Source of the DNA: an uncultured virus (IMG/VR IMGVR_UViG_3300007956_000001)
Lineage: Duplodnaviria > Heunggongvirae > Uroviricota > Caudoviricetes
Reading direction: 5' to 3' (one strand)
IMG/VR virus record: IMGVR_UViG_3300007956_000001
Span: 1 to 64,000 of that record
DNA: 64,000 nt
In this document: positions 38,701 to 46,799 of the stretch, one piece after another
Position numbering within the stretch: position 1 is the first letter of the stretch
Layout of the letters: each line of letters starts with the position of its first letter
Notes under the pieces: generated by a model
Told to the model about the DNA's origin: nothing
Seen by the model: only the letters and a program-made list of their open reading frames with translations
The model's database searches: none
Position numbers and translations under genes: made by a program

Positions 38701-41160
38701 GGAAATACAATTTCAACACCTACTACAACAACATTTAATTTACTTAATGCTAATATTAGAACACTTAATTTTGCTCAAACTGCTTCTTCAATCACTATAG
38801 GTGATCCTGGATCATCTTCATTCGTATCCATAAGGGGAGAGAATCAAGCAACTTCTTGTTCAACTGGTGCGTTAAGAGTTGCTGGTGGTGTTGGTATTGC
38901 TAAGAACCTTTATGTTTGTGGAGAAATTGGACCAGCAGTATTTAATAGCACTGTTACAATTAAAGGTGCATTAACTCTTGAAGACAATCTAACCATTGCT
39001 GGTACGGTTAAATACACAAAAACTACAAATAATACATTATGCAATCCTAATACTGGTGCTGTTCAGATTGATGGTGGTCTAGGAATTAACAAGAATGTTT
39101 CTATTGGTCAAGGATTATGTGTTCAAAGTAATTCAACATTTGTTGGACGTATAACTGGTGGTTCATTCGTCAAGCAGGGTGGTGGCACAACATCTGGGCA
39201 ATCACATTTCTTAAGAGCAGATGGTAGTGATACCATAATTCAACTTCAAGATTTAGTTAATACTTTAACTTATGTTCCACAACCACCAATTACTTTAACT
39301 GCTTATCCAAAAGGTAATTCATTCAGACTTCTGTCTATTGCATCACAGTTTAATGGTTCTCAAAAAACATTTAACTTATTTTCTCCAGACAGTGTTGCAT
39401 TTACACCTGAAGGTGCTGCAAACTTACTTGTATATCTAAATGATGATACGTTATTAGAACCTGATGCTGATTATATTATTCCAATTCAGAGCACATCTCC
39501 TTTAACATATCGATCAAGAATTCAGTTTATCAGAGCACCATTAGCAGGTCAATCCTGCCACATTGTTGCTCTTGGTGGTCAAGGTATGGTCCTTGACGAT
39601 GAAGGATGGACAGAAAAAGGACAATTAGCTGTTGGTAAGGAGCAGAATAGAGCAGAGATGCTTGATGTTGGTACTAATGACCAAGTATTAGTTGCAAATA
39701 GTAGTAAAACTCTTGGTGTTGAGTGGATGTGGATGCAGCAAGAACCACCAATTGGTTCTGTTCATTACTTTGCATCTTCTACTCCACCTCCAGGATATTT
39801 AATTTGTAATGGTAACACAATTCCTAATGGAACAGGAAGTGTTCAGGGAAGAAATGCCGATTATAGTTATCTCTATTCTATTCTTGGGTCTACATTTGGT
39901 TCAGCAGGAAAACTTCCAAATCTCTTAGAAAGAGTTCCAATGGGGGCAGGTGAAAATACCAATACAACTCAAGCTAATTATGTAGTTGGTGATGTTGGTG
40001 GTAGGAATGAACACAAATTAAAAAATAATGATATTCCATCACACAATCATAGTATTACTTCTAATGGTTTGCATAAGCATGGAGCAGGTGCAACTCAGAA
40101 CGGATATCACAAACATGCCAATAATGGTGCAGGTATACACCAACACCCATTTGCTCTGGGAGGTAACCCAGGGCATGTACACGCAGTTCAGATAACTCCA
40201 ACTGCTAATCATGACCATGCAGGAGAAACTGGTGGTCAAGGTTCACACAAACATACCGCATCAGCAAGTCAGCAAGGTAAACACAACCACCCAGGTAGTT
40301 CAGATGGAGATGGAACGCATAGACACAATGATGACTTTGCCATCAGCCCAATAGGTCACCATGCTCACCCTGGTTCTGTTGCAAACCAGGGTGGGTCCCA
40401 TGGTCACCCTGGTAGTAATACAAATCAAAGAGGTAAGCATAGACATAAAGGTGGTACTAGTGATGATGGAGCACACTCGCATCCTGATGTATATGTTGGA
40501 CAACATTCTCACTCATATGGTTCAAACAAAGGTTCAACCGAAAGTGGTAATGGTGATTACGGTGGAGCAGATAATACAAATAGCACCGATCAACGTAGTC
40601 CAAGTGTTGAAGTTTATTCTAATGGTTCTGAACATACTCATAGGTTAACTACATCTACCGAGAATGAGCATAGTCATAGTGTTTTCGTAGGTTCTGGTGG
40701 TCAACATAAACATAATGTTTCTGTTCCTTCTACTGGAGGACAGCATGGTCACCAATTGAAAGGTGGTGTGGAGCCAACAGGTAATCACCGACACGATATT
40801 AATATCGGTAATAATTCTGAACACCAGCACACAATAAATGTTAGTCCAACTGGTAATCATAGCCATAATATAGGAAATGATGGTAGGCATAATCACCAAG
40901 CACCAGTAGCACTTGGTGGAAATCATACTCACAATCACAACTTTGGTGACAATACTAATCATGTTCACAATATTAATGAAGCTGGTAAGCATAATCACAG
41001 TATAAACACTAATCCTGTAGGTAACCACAATCACCAATTAGGAAATTATGGTGGTGCAGGAAATGCACAAACAGATATTGATTTGAGAAATCCATATCTT
41101 GGATTACTTCCTGTTATTAAAGCATATTATGTTGGTCCAAAAACAACCAAAAACTGGTGA
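32716..41160 (+). CDS. Giant tail fibre (2814 aa): beta-helix N-region, tail collar domain, His-rich needle
   Basis: RPFKTIQRAL, SPYIFNCS; collar PIGSVHYF...PPGYLICNG...LPNL; 26 HxH motifs; ATAAATA at 32679-32685. Confidence 0.85.
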   Translation: MPLSRLENFLKNAEGNILYVNPSDFDATDSFENQGNSLTRPFKTIQRALIEAARFSYQTGENNDRIDRTTILVYPGTHYIDNRPGYSIEEIGGSAVYKRRTAPDIWEQTTLTEFNEFTNFDILSPSNDLYKYNSVSGGAILPRGTSIIGLDLRKTKIRPLYVPDPEDDNIETTSILNVTGTCYFTAFSLFDADPTKSVYKDYSGTQVVPNYSHHKVTCFEYGDGVNMVALAGYQTYLSDLDMYYYKVAKAYGDITGRGLGDFPVTEDFEPSVDEFRIVGSLDANPLGITSIKAGNGNGTGDLNEITVTTSNKLTGDTAPHNLYVDSPFLISGVTIDGESYNGSYTVSDVVGINTFKYTSNQTPLDFLPDVSFFDTATVTVGSDTVSSASPYIFNCSLRSVFGMNGMHADGSKATGFKSMVTAQFTGVSLQKDNNAFILYDNGTFYEENTLPANSLSKPLHTNSRAIFKPDWENFHIKCSNNAFIQCVSIFAIGFAKHFVAETGGDQSITNSNSNFGNTSLEAVSFKPESFDRDDVGYITHIVPPRGLLGDENEVNWLSLDVEKTINSPDPSRLYIFDQTNEDTVPPYQIDGFRIGARDGDTLSLTVTVGTAQTTYTAPILMPVPFGDRVSARKEYEVNRNNGQNLISNNTINLTETHQFLNGERIRVFSDTGQTPDGLDNEGIYYAITGGGLSSNQLKIAQSLNDAISDTPVLGINNNGGILKIVSRVSDKVPGQLGHPIQWDPVENNWYLISDNDGSVNRIYTAIVTTGLATLGEETSAAFFRRKSDNRSIDDKVYRLRYVIPKEYDNAKPPEAGYVVQESKTVGVTSVSYTNDVLTNTKDLRNERVIVNAVAAPVIADSQVITLTTELPHGFIEGDEVKVQKIRSTNNPLSVGIVSTYNGIYTITNILNSKQFQYITDGVRVEPGTFANDINLRNTRQQREALPVVSRDEYKESYFIYRVNQVKKHVPGDDGQDGIYHLVCLNSSVSPDSNVGYGLYTKQFSQDVRNLYPQQDRDNLNTNPKSSVSYSDLKVIGDVITNDKRHSITREGLDYFIKGTKVGYAVTQLDLSGTNNSTITVFTDVEHNLNSIKTFTNTAGSGYTPSSTLFSVQLTAISSNGEGATAKVTTDATGGISNVELLDPGSAYAVGDDLSIPGGTVNATISITGINDNTTDAIELNGYYVDDLNDAFEVNSIPSAKSIVLNAPLGISTNDPNSSGELGYVIPSGNVVSISAFEMSDTETGIATFTTSNSHGLFAGNNINIVSTGITAFDASVLVKGVVGLTTFTVEILGAGSTALGSTGKVIKRVFSSNAKTLGRGEENIASRATTLYDKKINYVNSAFDNTSTTINFSDPDSVIRGEYYQINNEIVRISGSSNPFSVLRGKFGTIKTTALANTLARKIFPIPSELRRPSFMRASGHTFEYLGFGPGNYSTGMPQKQNRILSEQEVLKSQSKEQRGGSVVYTGMNDLGEFFSGSKKLSSATGEESVVDAPVITYTGDDAEGENTNLSSGIFDELLVRRRITVEGGENTNQTSQFYGPVNFTNKVTNTSELGIETKNLFLKGNAQQAKLLTVGISTPTSSAKTPGDIKFISNPIDGYIGHVYTEGEWRQWGFISAVADEKTLMIDHLGIGNVPVPQNLIKLRVSDQTILENVQITGVLTLDQGQELGDVIFQDITVRGTGYFTNSKIDPVTGLTPYRTLLCEGGTQEFFNVEVVGFTTFTGRVDFLSNVYGIGGRFGNINVGIFNDNAITKVSGTGALVLDSDPNDRNGVVRVEDNLQILSNVNANVYQTWTTRDSLGINTDISAKLEIKTINVGTDSANFDLGIGNTSGSAKIALHTKDGEYSGGTFVIDDSSNGNTIISKRGENKTLTVQALDSGADINFTVGTNQNFNITSLGHYHFENSNSGTELSGNHLKLNQKGNGDVVLSWHRSKNNANVRWYAGIDASDGNSWKLANPTTTTAAGSEQFTRASETKLKIDTSGNTNILGTLDVGGNTISTPTTTTFNLLNANIRTLNFAQTASSITIGDPGSSSFVSIRGENQATSCSTGALRVAGGVGIAKNLYVCGEIGPAVFNSTVTIKGALTLEDNLTIAGTVKYTKTTNNTLCNPNTGAVQIDGGLGINKNVSIGQGLCVQSNSTFVGRITGGSFVKQGGGTTSGQSHFLRADGSDTIIQLQDLVNTLTYVPQPPITLTAYPKGNSFRLLSIASQFNGSQKTFNLFSPDSVAFTPEGAANLLVYLNDDTLLEPDADYIIPIQSTSPLTYRSRIQFIRAPLAGQSCHIVALGGQGMVLDDEGWTEKGQLAVGKEQNRAEMLDVGTNDQVLVANSSKTLGVEWMWMQQEPPIGSVHYFASSTPPPGYLICNGNTIPNGTGSVQGRNADYSYLYSILGSTFGSAGKLPNLLERVPMGAGENTNTTQANYVVGDVGGRNEHKLKNNDIPSHNHSITSNGLHKHGAGATQNGYHKHANNGAGIHQHPFALGGNPGHVHAVQITPTANHDHAGETGGQGSHKHTASASQQGKHNHPGSSDGDGTHRHNDDFAISPIGHHAHPGSVANQGGSHGHPGSNTNQRGKHRHKGGTSDDGAHSHPDVYVGQHSHSYGSNKGSTESGNGDYGGADNTNSTDQRSPSVEVYSNGSEHTHRLTTSTENEHSHSVFVGSGGQHKHNVSVPSTGGQHGHQLKGGVEPTGNHRHDINIGNNSEHQHTINVSPTGNHSHNIGNDGRHNHQAPVALGGNHTHNHNFGDNTNHVHNINEAGKHNHSINTNPVGNHNHQLGNYGGAGNAQTDIDLRNPYLGLLPVIKAYYVGPKTTKNW

Positions 41161-41168
41161 TATAAATA
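41161..41168 (+). promoter_or_regulatory. T4-type late promoter
   Basis: TATAAATA. Confidence 0.7.
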
Positions 41169-41198
41169 AATTCGTAGTAATTTTATAATAATAACACT

Positions 41199-41369
41199 AT
41201 GGATGCCACACAAATGAAGGAGACTCTGAAAAAAAGTGCAGAAGAACTCCGTGAAAGACTTGTTGAACTTGAAACTGAATTTAATTCAAAGAAAGAACAA
41301 TTTTTAAAAGTACAAGGTGCATTAGAAGCTCTTAATGAACTAGATGAACCTTCAAACCCAACAGAGTGA
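41199..41369 (+). CDS. Small coiled-coil protein (56 aa), possibly a fibre chaperone
   Basis: Manual translation MDATQMKETLKK...FLKVQGALEALNEL...*. Confidence 0.6.
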   Translation: MDATQMKETLKKSAEELRERLVELETEFNSKKEQFLKVQGALEALNELDEPSNPTE

Positions 41370-41400
41370 TTTTACTGAAAAACCACTATATTTGTCAACA

Positions 41401-41429
41401 TTGACAACCTCAAGATTAAGTGATACTAT
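41401..41429 (+). promoter_or_regulatory. Sigma70 promoter
   Basis: TTGACA-17 bp-TACTAT with TGn; 10-bp inverted repeat AACCTCAAGA/TCTTGAGGTT flanks the -10. Confidence 0.75.
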
Positions 41430-41435
41430 ATCTTT

Positions 41436-41532
41436 GTCTTGAGGTTTCTTTGTATCTTTGAGAACCAAGATCCGTCTTTGGTGGTAGACGGTTTTATTAG
41501 TGTCTGAGGGGGAGTGATGACCCCCCTTTTTT
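41436..41532 (+). ncRNA. Candidate small RNA (about 95 nt)
   Basis: Own promoter, hairpin CCGTCT-TTGGTGGT-AGACGG, terminator GGGGG...CCCCCC-TTTTTT, no convincing ORF. Confidence 0.45.
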
Positions 41533-41566
41533 ATGCCATAATACAGGGAGTTCAGAACCACACCAG

Positions 41567-43738
41567 ATGTCCGTCAACCTAGAAGTCAAAGGTTCTCTTG
41601 CCAAATGTCTGGCAACTGAAAATCTCATCATTGAGCATAAGCAAGTTCCAACTGCATCCTTTGATGTTGACCGTCGTGTGTTGGTTCTCCCTACTTGGGA
41701 TAAAGCATCTCCAATTGTTTATGACCTCCTCGTTGGTCATGAAGTTGGTCATGCTCTTTTTACTGATAATATCGATTGGACTATCGATTATCCTGAAGTT
41801 CCCATGGATTTCGTAAACGTCCTAGAAGACGTTCGTGTTGAACGTCTTATGAAACATAAGTATCCTGGTCTTTCTAGAACTTTTTATAACGGTTATAATG
41901 AATTAAATACTGAGGATTTCTTTTCTACTAATGAGGAAAACCTTGATGAACTTTCTTTCATTGATCGTATCAATCTTTATTATAAAATTGGTGCATTTCA
42001 TAACATTGCTTTTTCTGACGAAGAGAACGAGTTTTTGACCCGTGCAATTCAGACTGAATCTTTTGTAGATGTTTTGAATCTTTCTAGGGAAATTGTAGAA
42101 TATGTAAAGTATAAGAAAGAAGAACAACAAATTGCTGATATTCCTTTCCCTTCTGGAACCAGTGATGAATCCAACTCCGATGATAATGGAGAGACTGAAG
42201 GTGATAGTGAAGAAAATGATTCTTCCGAAAATACTCAGAAGCAAAGTGATAATTCTTCTCAACGTCAAGGTAAATCTGATAATTCTGACTCGGAAAATGA
42301 GTCTTCTGATACTACTTCTAAGGAATCTTCTGGTGGTGGTGGAACATCCCCTTCAAGAGATGGAAATGACGAACTGAAGTCAACTACTTCTCGTTCTTTT
42401 GATGAAAAAGCACAAGAATTGGTGAATAGAAATGCTTCTGATACAACCTATGTTGAACTTCCTAAGTGGAATCTTGACAATACAATTATTCCTAACGACT
42501 ATATTCATCAGGCAGCAACTGCTTATTACAATATTGATAATCAATACATCAAGGAGTATTTTGAATTTGCTTGTCAGGAGTATACTAAGTACAAGAAAAG
42601 TGCAGAGAAAGAAGTTTCTTATCTTGTAAAGGAGTTTGAGTGTAAAAAGTCTGCTGATCAATATGCTCGTTCTTCTGTTGCTCGTACTGGTGTTATTGAT
42701 ACATCTAAACTTCATAGTTACAAGTACAATGAAGATCTATTCAAGAAAGTTTCTGTCATTCCTGACGGCAAAAACCATGGACTAATTTTTATTATGGATT
42801 GGTCTGGTTCTATGGGTAACTTTCTTCTAGATGCTTACAAGCAACTTCTGAACCTAGTTTGGTTCTGCCGTAAAGTGAACATTCCATTTGAGGTTTATGC
42901 GTTCACTATGGACCCTTCTTCTTACATTAATCATCAGAAAGATCATCTCCCTACTTATGAAAAGGTTGCTGGAATTATTGCCCCAGAAGAATCCTTTCGT
43001 TTGATGAATTACTTTACTAGCACTACTAACAACCGTGTTCTTGAAGAGCAACTTAAAAATATCTGGGCTGTTGCATACTCTTATCAGTATCATCGTGGAT
43101 ATGCTCCTCTACATTTGGAACTTTCGGGAACTCCTTTGGGTGAAACTTTAATGGTAATGCATGAAGTTATTCCGATGTTTCAAAAGAAGAACAAACTTCA
43201 AAAAGTAAATGTTGTTCTTCTCACTGATGGTGAAGGTTATCAGAATGCAATTACTGTTGAACGTACTTCATATCGTGACCCTGACCACAAGTATGTTGGT
43301 TTTACTAGAAGGAATCGTACAACGATTCGTGATAGGAAGACTGGTCGTGTTTATGCACCATTTGAGTATGATAATTTCCCTAAGTATGCAAAAATTCTTT
43401 TACAAACTCTTAAGGATAAGTTTTCTACAGTAAATTTCATCAACTTCCGTATCACTCCTTCTCGGGATTTCCGTACTTGCTGGAGCTGGTATGGATCTGG
43501 AAATTCTTCTTATGATGAGGTTTCTGCTATCTACAGAAAGCAGAGTTGTGTTCAATTTAAAGACACTGGATTTGACCAGTTTAATGTGGTTGCTGCATCT
43601 TCTCTTGCTCAGGATGAAGAATTTAATGTTCCTGAAGATGCAACTAAGGCACAAATTAAGTCTGCATTTACTAAAATGCTTAAGAGGAAAAAGACTAACA
43701 AAAAAATGCTTGGTTCTTTTGTTGAACTCATTTCCTGA
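41567..43738 (+). CDS. Zincin metallopeptidase plus vWA-domain protein (partner of the CobS-like ATPase)
   Basis: HEVGH...LEDVRVE; acidic linker; MIDAS DWSGS...GTP...TDGE. Confidence 0.85.
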   Translation: MSVNLEVKGSLAKCLATENLIIEHKQVPTASFDVDRRVLVLPTWDKASPIVYDLLVGHEVGHALFTDNIDWTIDYPEVPMDFVNVLEDVRVERLMKHKYPGLSRTFYNGYNELNTEDFFSTNEENLDELSFIDRINLYYKIGAFHNIAFSDEENEFLTRAIQTESFVDVLNLSREIVEYVKYKKEEQQIADIPFPSGTSDESNSDDNGETEGDSEENDSSENTQKQSDNSSQRQGKSDNSDSENESSDTTSKESSGGGGTSPSRDGNDELKSTTSRSFDEKAQELVNRNASDTTYVELPKWNLDNTIIPNDYIHQAATAYYNIDNQYIKEYFEFACQEYTKYKKSAEKEVSYLVKEFECKKSADQYARSSVARTGVIDTSKLHSYKYNEDLFKKVSVIPDGKNHGLIFIMDWSGSMGNFLLDAYKQLLNLVWFCRKVNIPFEVYAFTMDPSSYINHQKDHLPTYEKVAGIIAPEESFRLMNYFTSTTNNRVLEEQLKNIWAVAYSYQYHRGYAPLHLELSGTPLGETLMVMHEVIPMFQKKNKLQKVNVVLLTDGEGYQNAITVERTSYRDPDHKYVGFTRRNRTTIRDRKTGRVYAPFEYDNFPKYAKILLQTLKDKFSTVNFINFRITPSRDFRTCWSWYGSGNSSYDEVSAIYRKQSCVQFKDTGFDQFNVVAASSLAQDEEFNVPEDATKAQIKSAFTKMLKRKKTNKKMLGSFVELIS

Positions 43739-43754
43739 CCAGTTTGGGGGGTGA

Positions 43755-43793
43755 CCACTCTGCCCCCCACTCTGCCCCACTCTGCCCTATAAT
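43755..43793 (+). promoter_or_regulatory. Promoter with triple CCACTCTGCC repeat upstream of TATAAT
   Basis: Repeats start at 43755, 43767 and 43777; TATAAT at 43788-43793. Confidence 0.65.
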
Positions 43794-43816
43794 TACAAGG
43801 TAATCAATCAAACCCC

Positions 43817-44911
43817 ATGACCGAACACGCACTGACTATCCTCAAGCAAAAATATGGTACTGAATTTGGTGCTGATGCTGTGAAGATGGTTGCATCGGAA
43901 TTGAATACATCTTACGCAACTCTTTCTAAATATCTTCAACAATATAAAGTTGGACGTGGTAAGTGGAATCTTGAAGAAACTGTTCAAGATTTAGAGGAAA
44001 ATTATAACTCCACTTCTGCAGGTGTTTCTACGATGAATACTGTTGTTCAAAACCTTATCCCTCAGAAAGATCGTACTTTTGTACCATTCGGAAACTTCCC
44101 GGATATTAAAAAGGTTATTCAGTCACATATGTTCTATCCGACTTTCATTACTGGTCTTTCTGGTAATGGCAAGACGTTCGGTGTGGAGCAAGCATATGCT
44201 CAACTTGGTAGAGAACTCATCCGTGTGAATATTACTATTGAGACTGATGAAGATGATCTTATTGGTGGTTTCCGTTTGCTTGACGGTAATACTGTCTGGC
44301 ACAATGGTCCTGTCATTGAGGCTCTTGAACGAGGTGCTATCCTCCTTCTCGATGAGATTGACCTTGCATCTAATAAGATTCTCTGTCTTCAAAGTATTCT
44401 TGAAGGCAAAGGTACATTCCTGAAAAAGATTGGTAAGCATATCACTCCTTCTCCTGGTTTTAATGTGTTTGCTACTGCTAACACTAAAGGAAAAGGTTCT
44501 GATGATGGTCGTTTTATTGGCACCAATGTGTTGAATGAAGCATTTCTAGAAAGGTTTCCTGTAACTTTTGAGCAACAATATCCAACTGTTGCTACTGAGA
44601 CTAAAATCTTGACTAAAATTGCAGAGTCTCTTAAAATTCCTATGGTTAGTGAGCATACTGACTTCATTGCACATCTATGTAATTGGTCTGATATTATTCG
44701 CAAGACTTTTAATGATGGTGGTATTGATGAAGTAATTAGTACTCGTCGCCTTGTTCATATTATCAAAGCATATTCTATCTTTGGTAAAAAAGATAAAGCA
44801 ATCAGAGTTTGTCTAAATCGTTTCGACGATGAAACTAAATCAACCTTTGTTGAACTTTATGACAAAATTGATGCTGAATTTGAGCAAACACAAACAAACC
44901 AAGAGGGATGA
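43817..44911 (+). CDS. cobS: CobS/MoxR-like AAA+ ATPase
   Basis: GLSGNGKT, LLDEID, TANTKGKG, NEAFLERF, ISTRRL. Confidence 0.9.
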   Translation: MTEHALTILKQKYGTEFGADAVKMVASELNTSYATLSKYLQQYKVGRGKWNLEETVQDLEENYNSTSAGVSTMNTVVQNLIPQKDRTFVPFGNFPDIKKVIQSHMFYPTFITGLSGNGKTFGVEQAYAQLGRELIRVNITIETDEDDLIGGFRLLDGNTVWHNGPVIEALERGAILLLDEIDLASNKILCLQSILEGKGTFLKKIGKHITPSPGFNVFATANTKGKGSDDGRFIGTNVLNEAFLERFPVTFEQQYPTVATETKILTKIAESLKIPMVSEHTDFIAHLCNWSDIIRKTFNDGGIDEVISTRRLVHIIKAYSIFGKKDKAIRVCLNRFDDETKSTFVELYDKIDAEFEQTQTNQEG

Positions 44912-44967
44912 TGTACTCTTGGTTTTTGTGAATATATAGTAAAGTCCTCTCCCCTTTAACTACTCTA

Positions 44968-45117
44968 ATGCCTTATTTTTCTACTTTTTACTTAGATGTA
45001 GATGCTGATGCCATTTATGAATATGTCACTGGTATCTATGATACTACGGAAGAAGAAGATGAACAGGAATATAGAGAAGATAAAATGGAACAAATGATTT
45101 CTAGGCACGGTTATTGA
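44968..45117 (+). CDS. Small acidic hypothetical protein (49 aa)
   Basis: Manual translation MPYFSTFYLD...MISRHGY*. Confidence 0.45.
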   Translation: MPYFSTFYLDVDADAIYEYVTGIYDTTEEEDEQEYREDKMEQMISRHGY

Positions 45118-45120
45118 ATT

Positions 45121-45384
45121 ATGTCAAACGATGTAACATTAATTTACAATTTTGATATTGATGATGAAGGTTATGCTACAGTTGTAGCAGTAGTTGAAGA
45201 TGTTCGCATCATTCATAATGCAACTAGACTTGACCCACCAGAGTATGGTCCTGGAGTATGTAAAGCAGGATTTTATGTTGGTGAAGATGATGAAATCCCA
45301 TTATCTGAAGATGAACTCATTGATTATGTTAGTGAGCAAGACCTAGATTGGGAAATCTATGAGGACTATCTTTCTGAATATTAA
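45121..45384 (+). CDS. Hypothetical protein
   Basis: 87 aa; ATRLDPPEYGPG.C motif. Confidence 0.65.
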   Translation: MSNDVTLIYNFDIDDEGYATVVAVVEDVRIIHNATRLDPPEYGPGVCKAGFYVGEDDEIPLSEDELIDYVSEQDLDWEIYEDYLSEY

Positions 45385-45402
45385 AACCTACTGAGAAGTA
45401 CT

Positions 45403-45600
45403 ATGCACGATCAAAATAATATTGATGATCCCGAATCTAAACAAGATAAATGGAATCGTGGACTCGATATTTTTATCGAATCTGTAATTAAACCAGACCC
45501 AAAATTGAGGCAATGTGCTCACAATCAGGAGTGCTATAATGAGTTGATGGATGTTAGGAAAGATGTTCTTAATTATTTGCAAACTCTAAGGTGGAACTAA
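45403..45600 (+). CDS. Hypothetical protein
   Basis: 65 aa ORF in a tightly packed early operon. Confidence 0.65.
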   Translation: MHDQNNIDDPESKQDKWNRGLDIFIESVIKPDPKLRQCAHNQECYNELMDVRKDVLNYLQTLRWN

Positions 45601-45839
45601 TGAGTTCTCAGTATTTTTGGTTAATTATAATTGGATTCGTGTTGTATGTTTCAATCATGGATCCGAACGTAATGAAAGCAATTGGATATGTTTCAAAATT
45701 ATCCGAAACTAAATTTAACAAGTGGAAATGGTGGTTACTAAATGACCCTTCAAATCCAATAGTAAAATATTTTATTTGGAGAAGGTCTATGGAAACAGCA
45801 AAAAGAATAAGAAAAGCTTTAAATAATAAAACTAAATAA
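45600..45839 (+). CDS. Hypothetical membrane-anchored protein
   Basis: Hydrophobic N-terminus; TAATG coupling to the previous ORF. Confidence 0.6.
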   Translation: MSSQYFWLIIIGFVLYVSIMDPNVMKAIGYVSKLSETKFNKWKWWLLNDPSNPIVKYFIWRRSMETAKRIRKALNNKTK

Positions 45840-45858
45840 AAAAAGATTCATCTTTATT

Positions 45859-46059
45859 ATGAACTACAAACCCTATTCACAAGAATGGCATAGATACAGA
45901 TACTTAAAAGAAGCAATTGACAAGTATCTGGATGATTATATTGATAATGATACAATAATGAATGATATTCTTAGTATTGTGTGTGATCGTCAAGAGAAAG
46001 CACATGCTGAATATCATAGATTAGAAGACCTAGAACTTAAACTAGATTTTAGAGACTAA
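45859..46059 (+). CDS. Hypothetical protein
   Basis: 66 aa ORF. Confidence 0.6.
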   Translation: MNYKPYSQEWHRYRYLKEAIDKYLDDYIDNDTIMNDILSIVCDRQEKAHAEYHRLEDLELKLDFRD

Positions 46060-46064
46060 ACCGT

Positions 46065-46379
46065 ATGCTTTCTACCAAATACAGACTACGACTAGAATTT
46101 ATCTGTAAGAAGATTGCTAATAAAGAAGAAGTTAAATTAGATGATATGATCTGGGTGGAGAAACTCGCCAAGTCTCATACGATTGCCAGAGACTGGTTGA
46201 ACAGAGCACGTCGTCAGTCAGCACATGATATTCAAGAGGGCAGCATAGATGATTTTATGAATAGGATGGGACTAGGAGACCCCGACCCATCTAATCATAA
46301 AACGGGGTTCAACAGTGCTGATGACATCAAAGATTGGTTCCAAAGAGACAAACCAGATGACTGGAGACAACGTGACTGA
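46065..46379 (+). CDS. Conserved cyanophage hypothetical protein
   Basis: MLSTKYRLRLEFIC...DWRQRD. Confidence 0.7.
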   Translation: MLSTKYRLRLEFICKKIANKEEVKLDDMIWVEKLAKSHTIARDWLNRARRQSAHDIQEGSIDDFMNRMGLGDPDPSNHKTGFNSADDIKDWFQRDKPDDWRQRD

Positions 46380-46503
46380 TTATGTCTGTGTGCAAACATG
46401 GAACCCCATCTATGAACGTATGCAGTACCATTGGGTACACAAGTCAGAGAAGGATCCTGTGCAATTTGTAAAAAACCTCAACCCAGAGCAAGAACTGCTA
46501 TGA
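46372..46503 (+). CDS. Small hypothetical protein
   Basis: GTG start; overlaps both neighbours. Confidence 0.45.
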   Translation: MTDYVCVQTWNPIYERMQYHWVHKSEKDPVQFVKNLNPEQELL

Positions 46504-46799
46504 GTAGTAAGATGCTATTCCTAGTTGACATTGGTAATGGTAGATGTCTTAGTCATGATGGATACATTCAAATTGGTATTTTCTCTCATAGTGTAGAGAA
46601 GCACCTTGAATTATGTCCTGAACAAGAATGGCAAGTAACCTATTGGATGCCTGATCCATTCTGTATTAGATATCCAAGACCTAATTATCAGCATACTATG
46701 AAGGCGAATGAAGGTTCTCCTAAGACTGATAATGCTACTGATAGCAGACCAAGAGATTTTCCAGACCAAGCAACGAATAGACTTGAGAGAACATTATGA
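46500..46799 (+). CDS. Hypothetical protein
   Basis: MSSKMLFLVDIGNGRC...; ATGA coupling. Confidence 0.6.
   Translation: MSSKMLFLVDIGNGRCLSHDGYIQIGIFSHSVEKHLELCPEQEWQVTYWMPDPFCIRYPRPNYQHTMKANEGSPKTDNATDSRPRDFPDQATNRLERTL

Noticed and set aside
41352..41561. 69-aa minus-strand ORF across the promoter and sRNA region
   Set aside because: No motifs; the region is better explained by plus-strand promoter, hairpins and terminator
43817..44911. cobS as evidence for cobalamin biosynthesis
   Set aside because: No cobN or other cob genes; the partner is a peptidase-vWA protein
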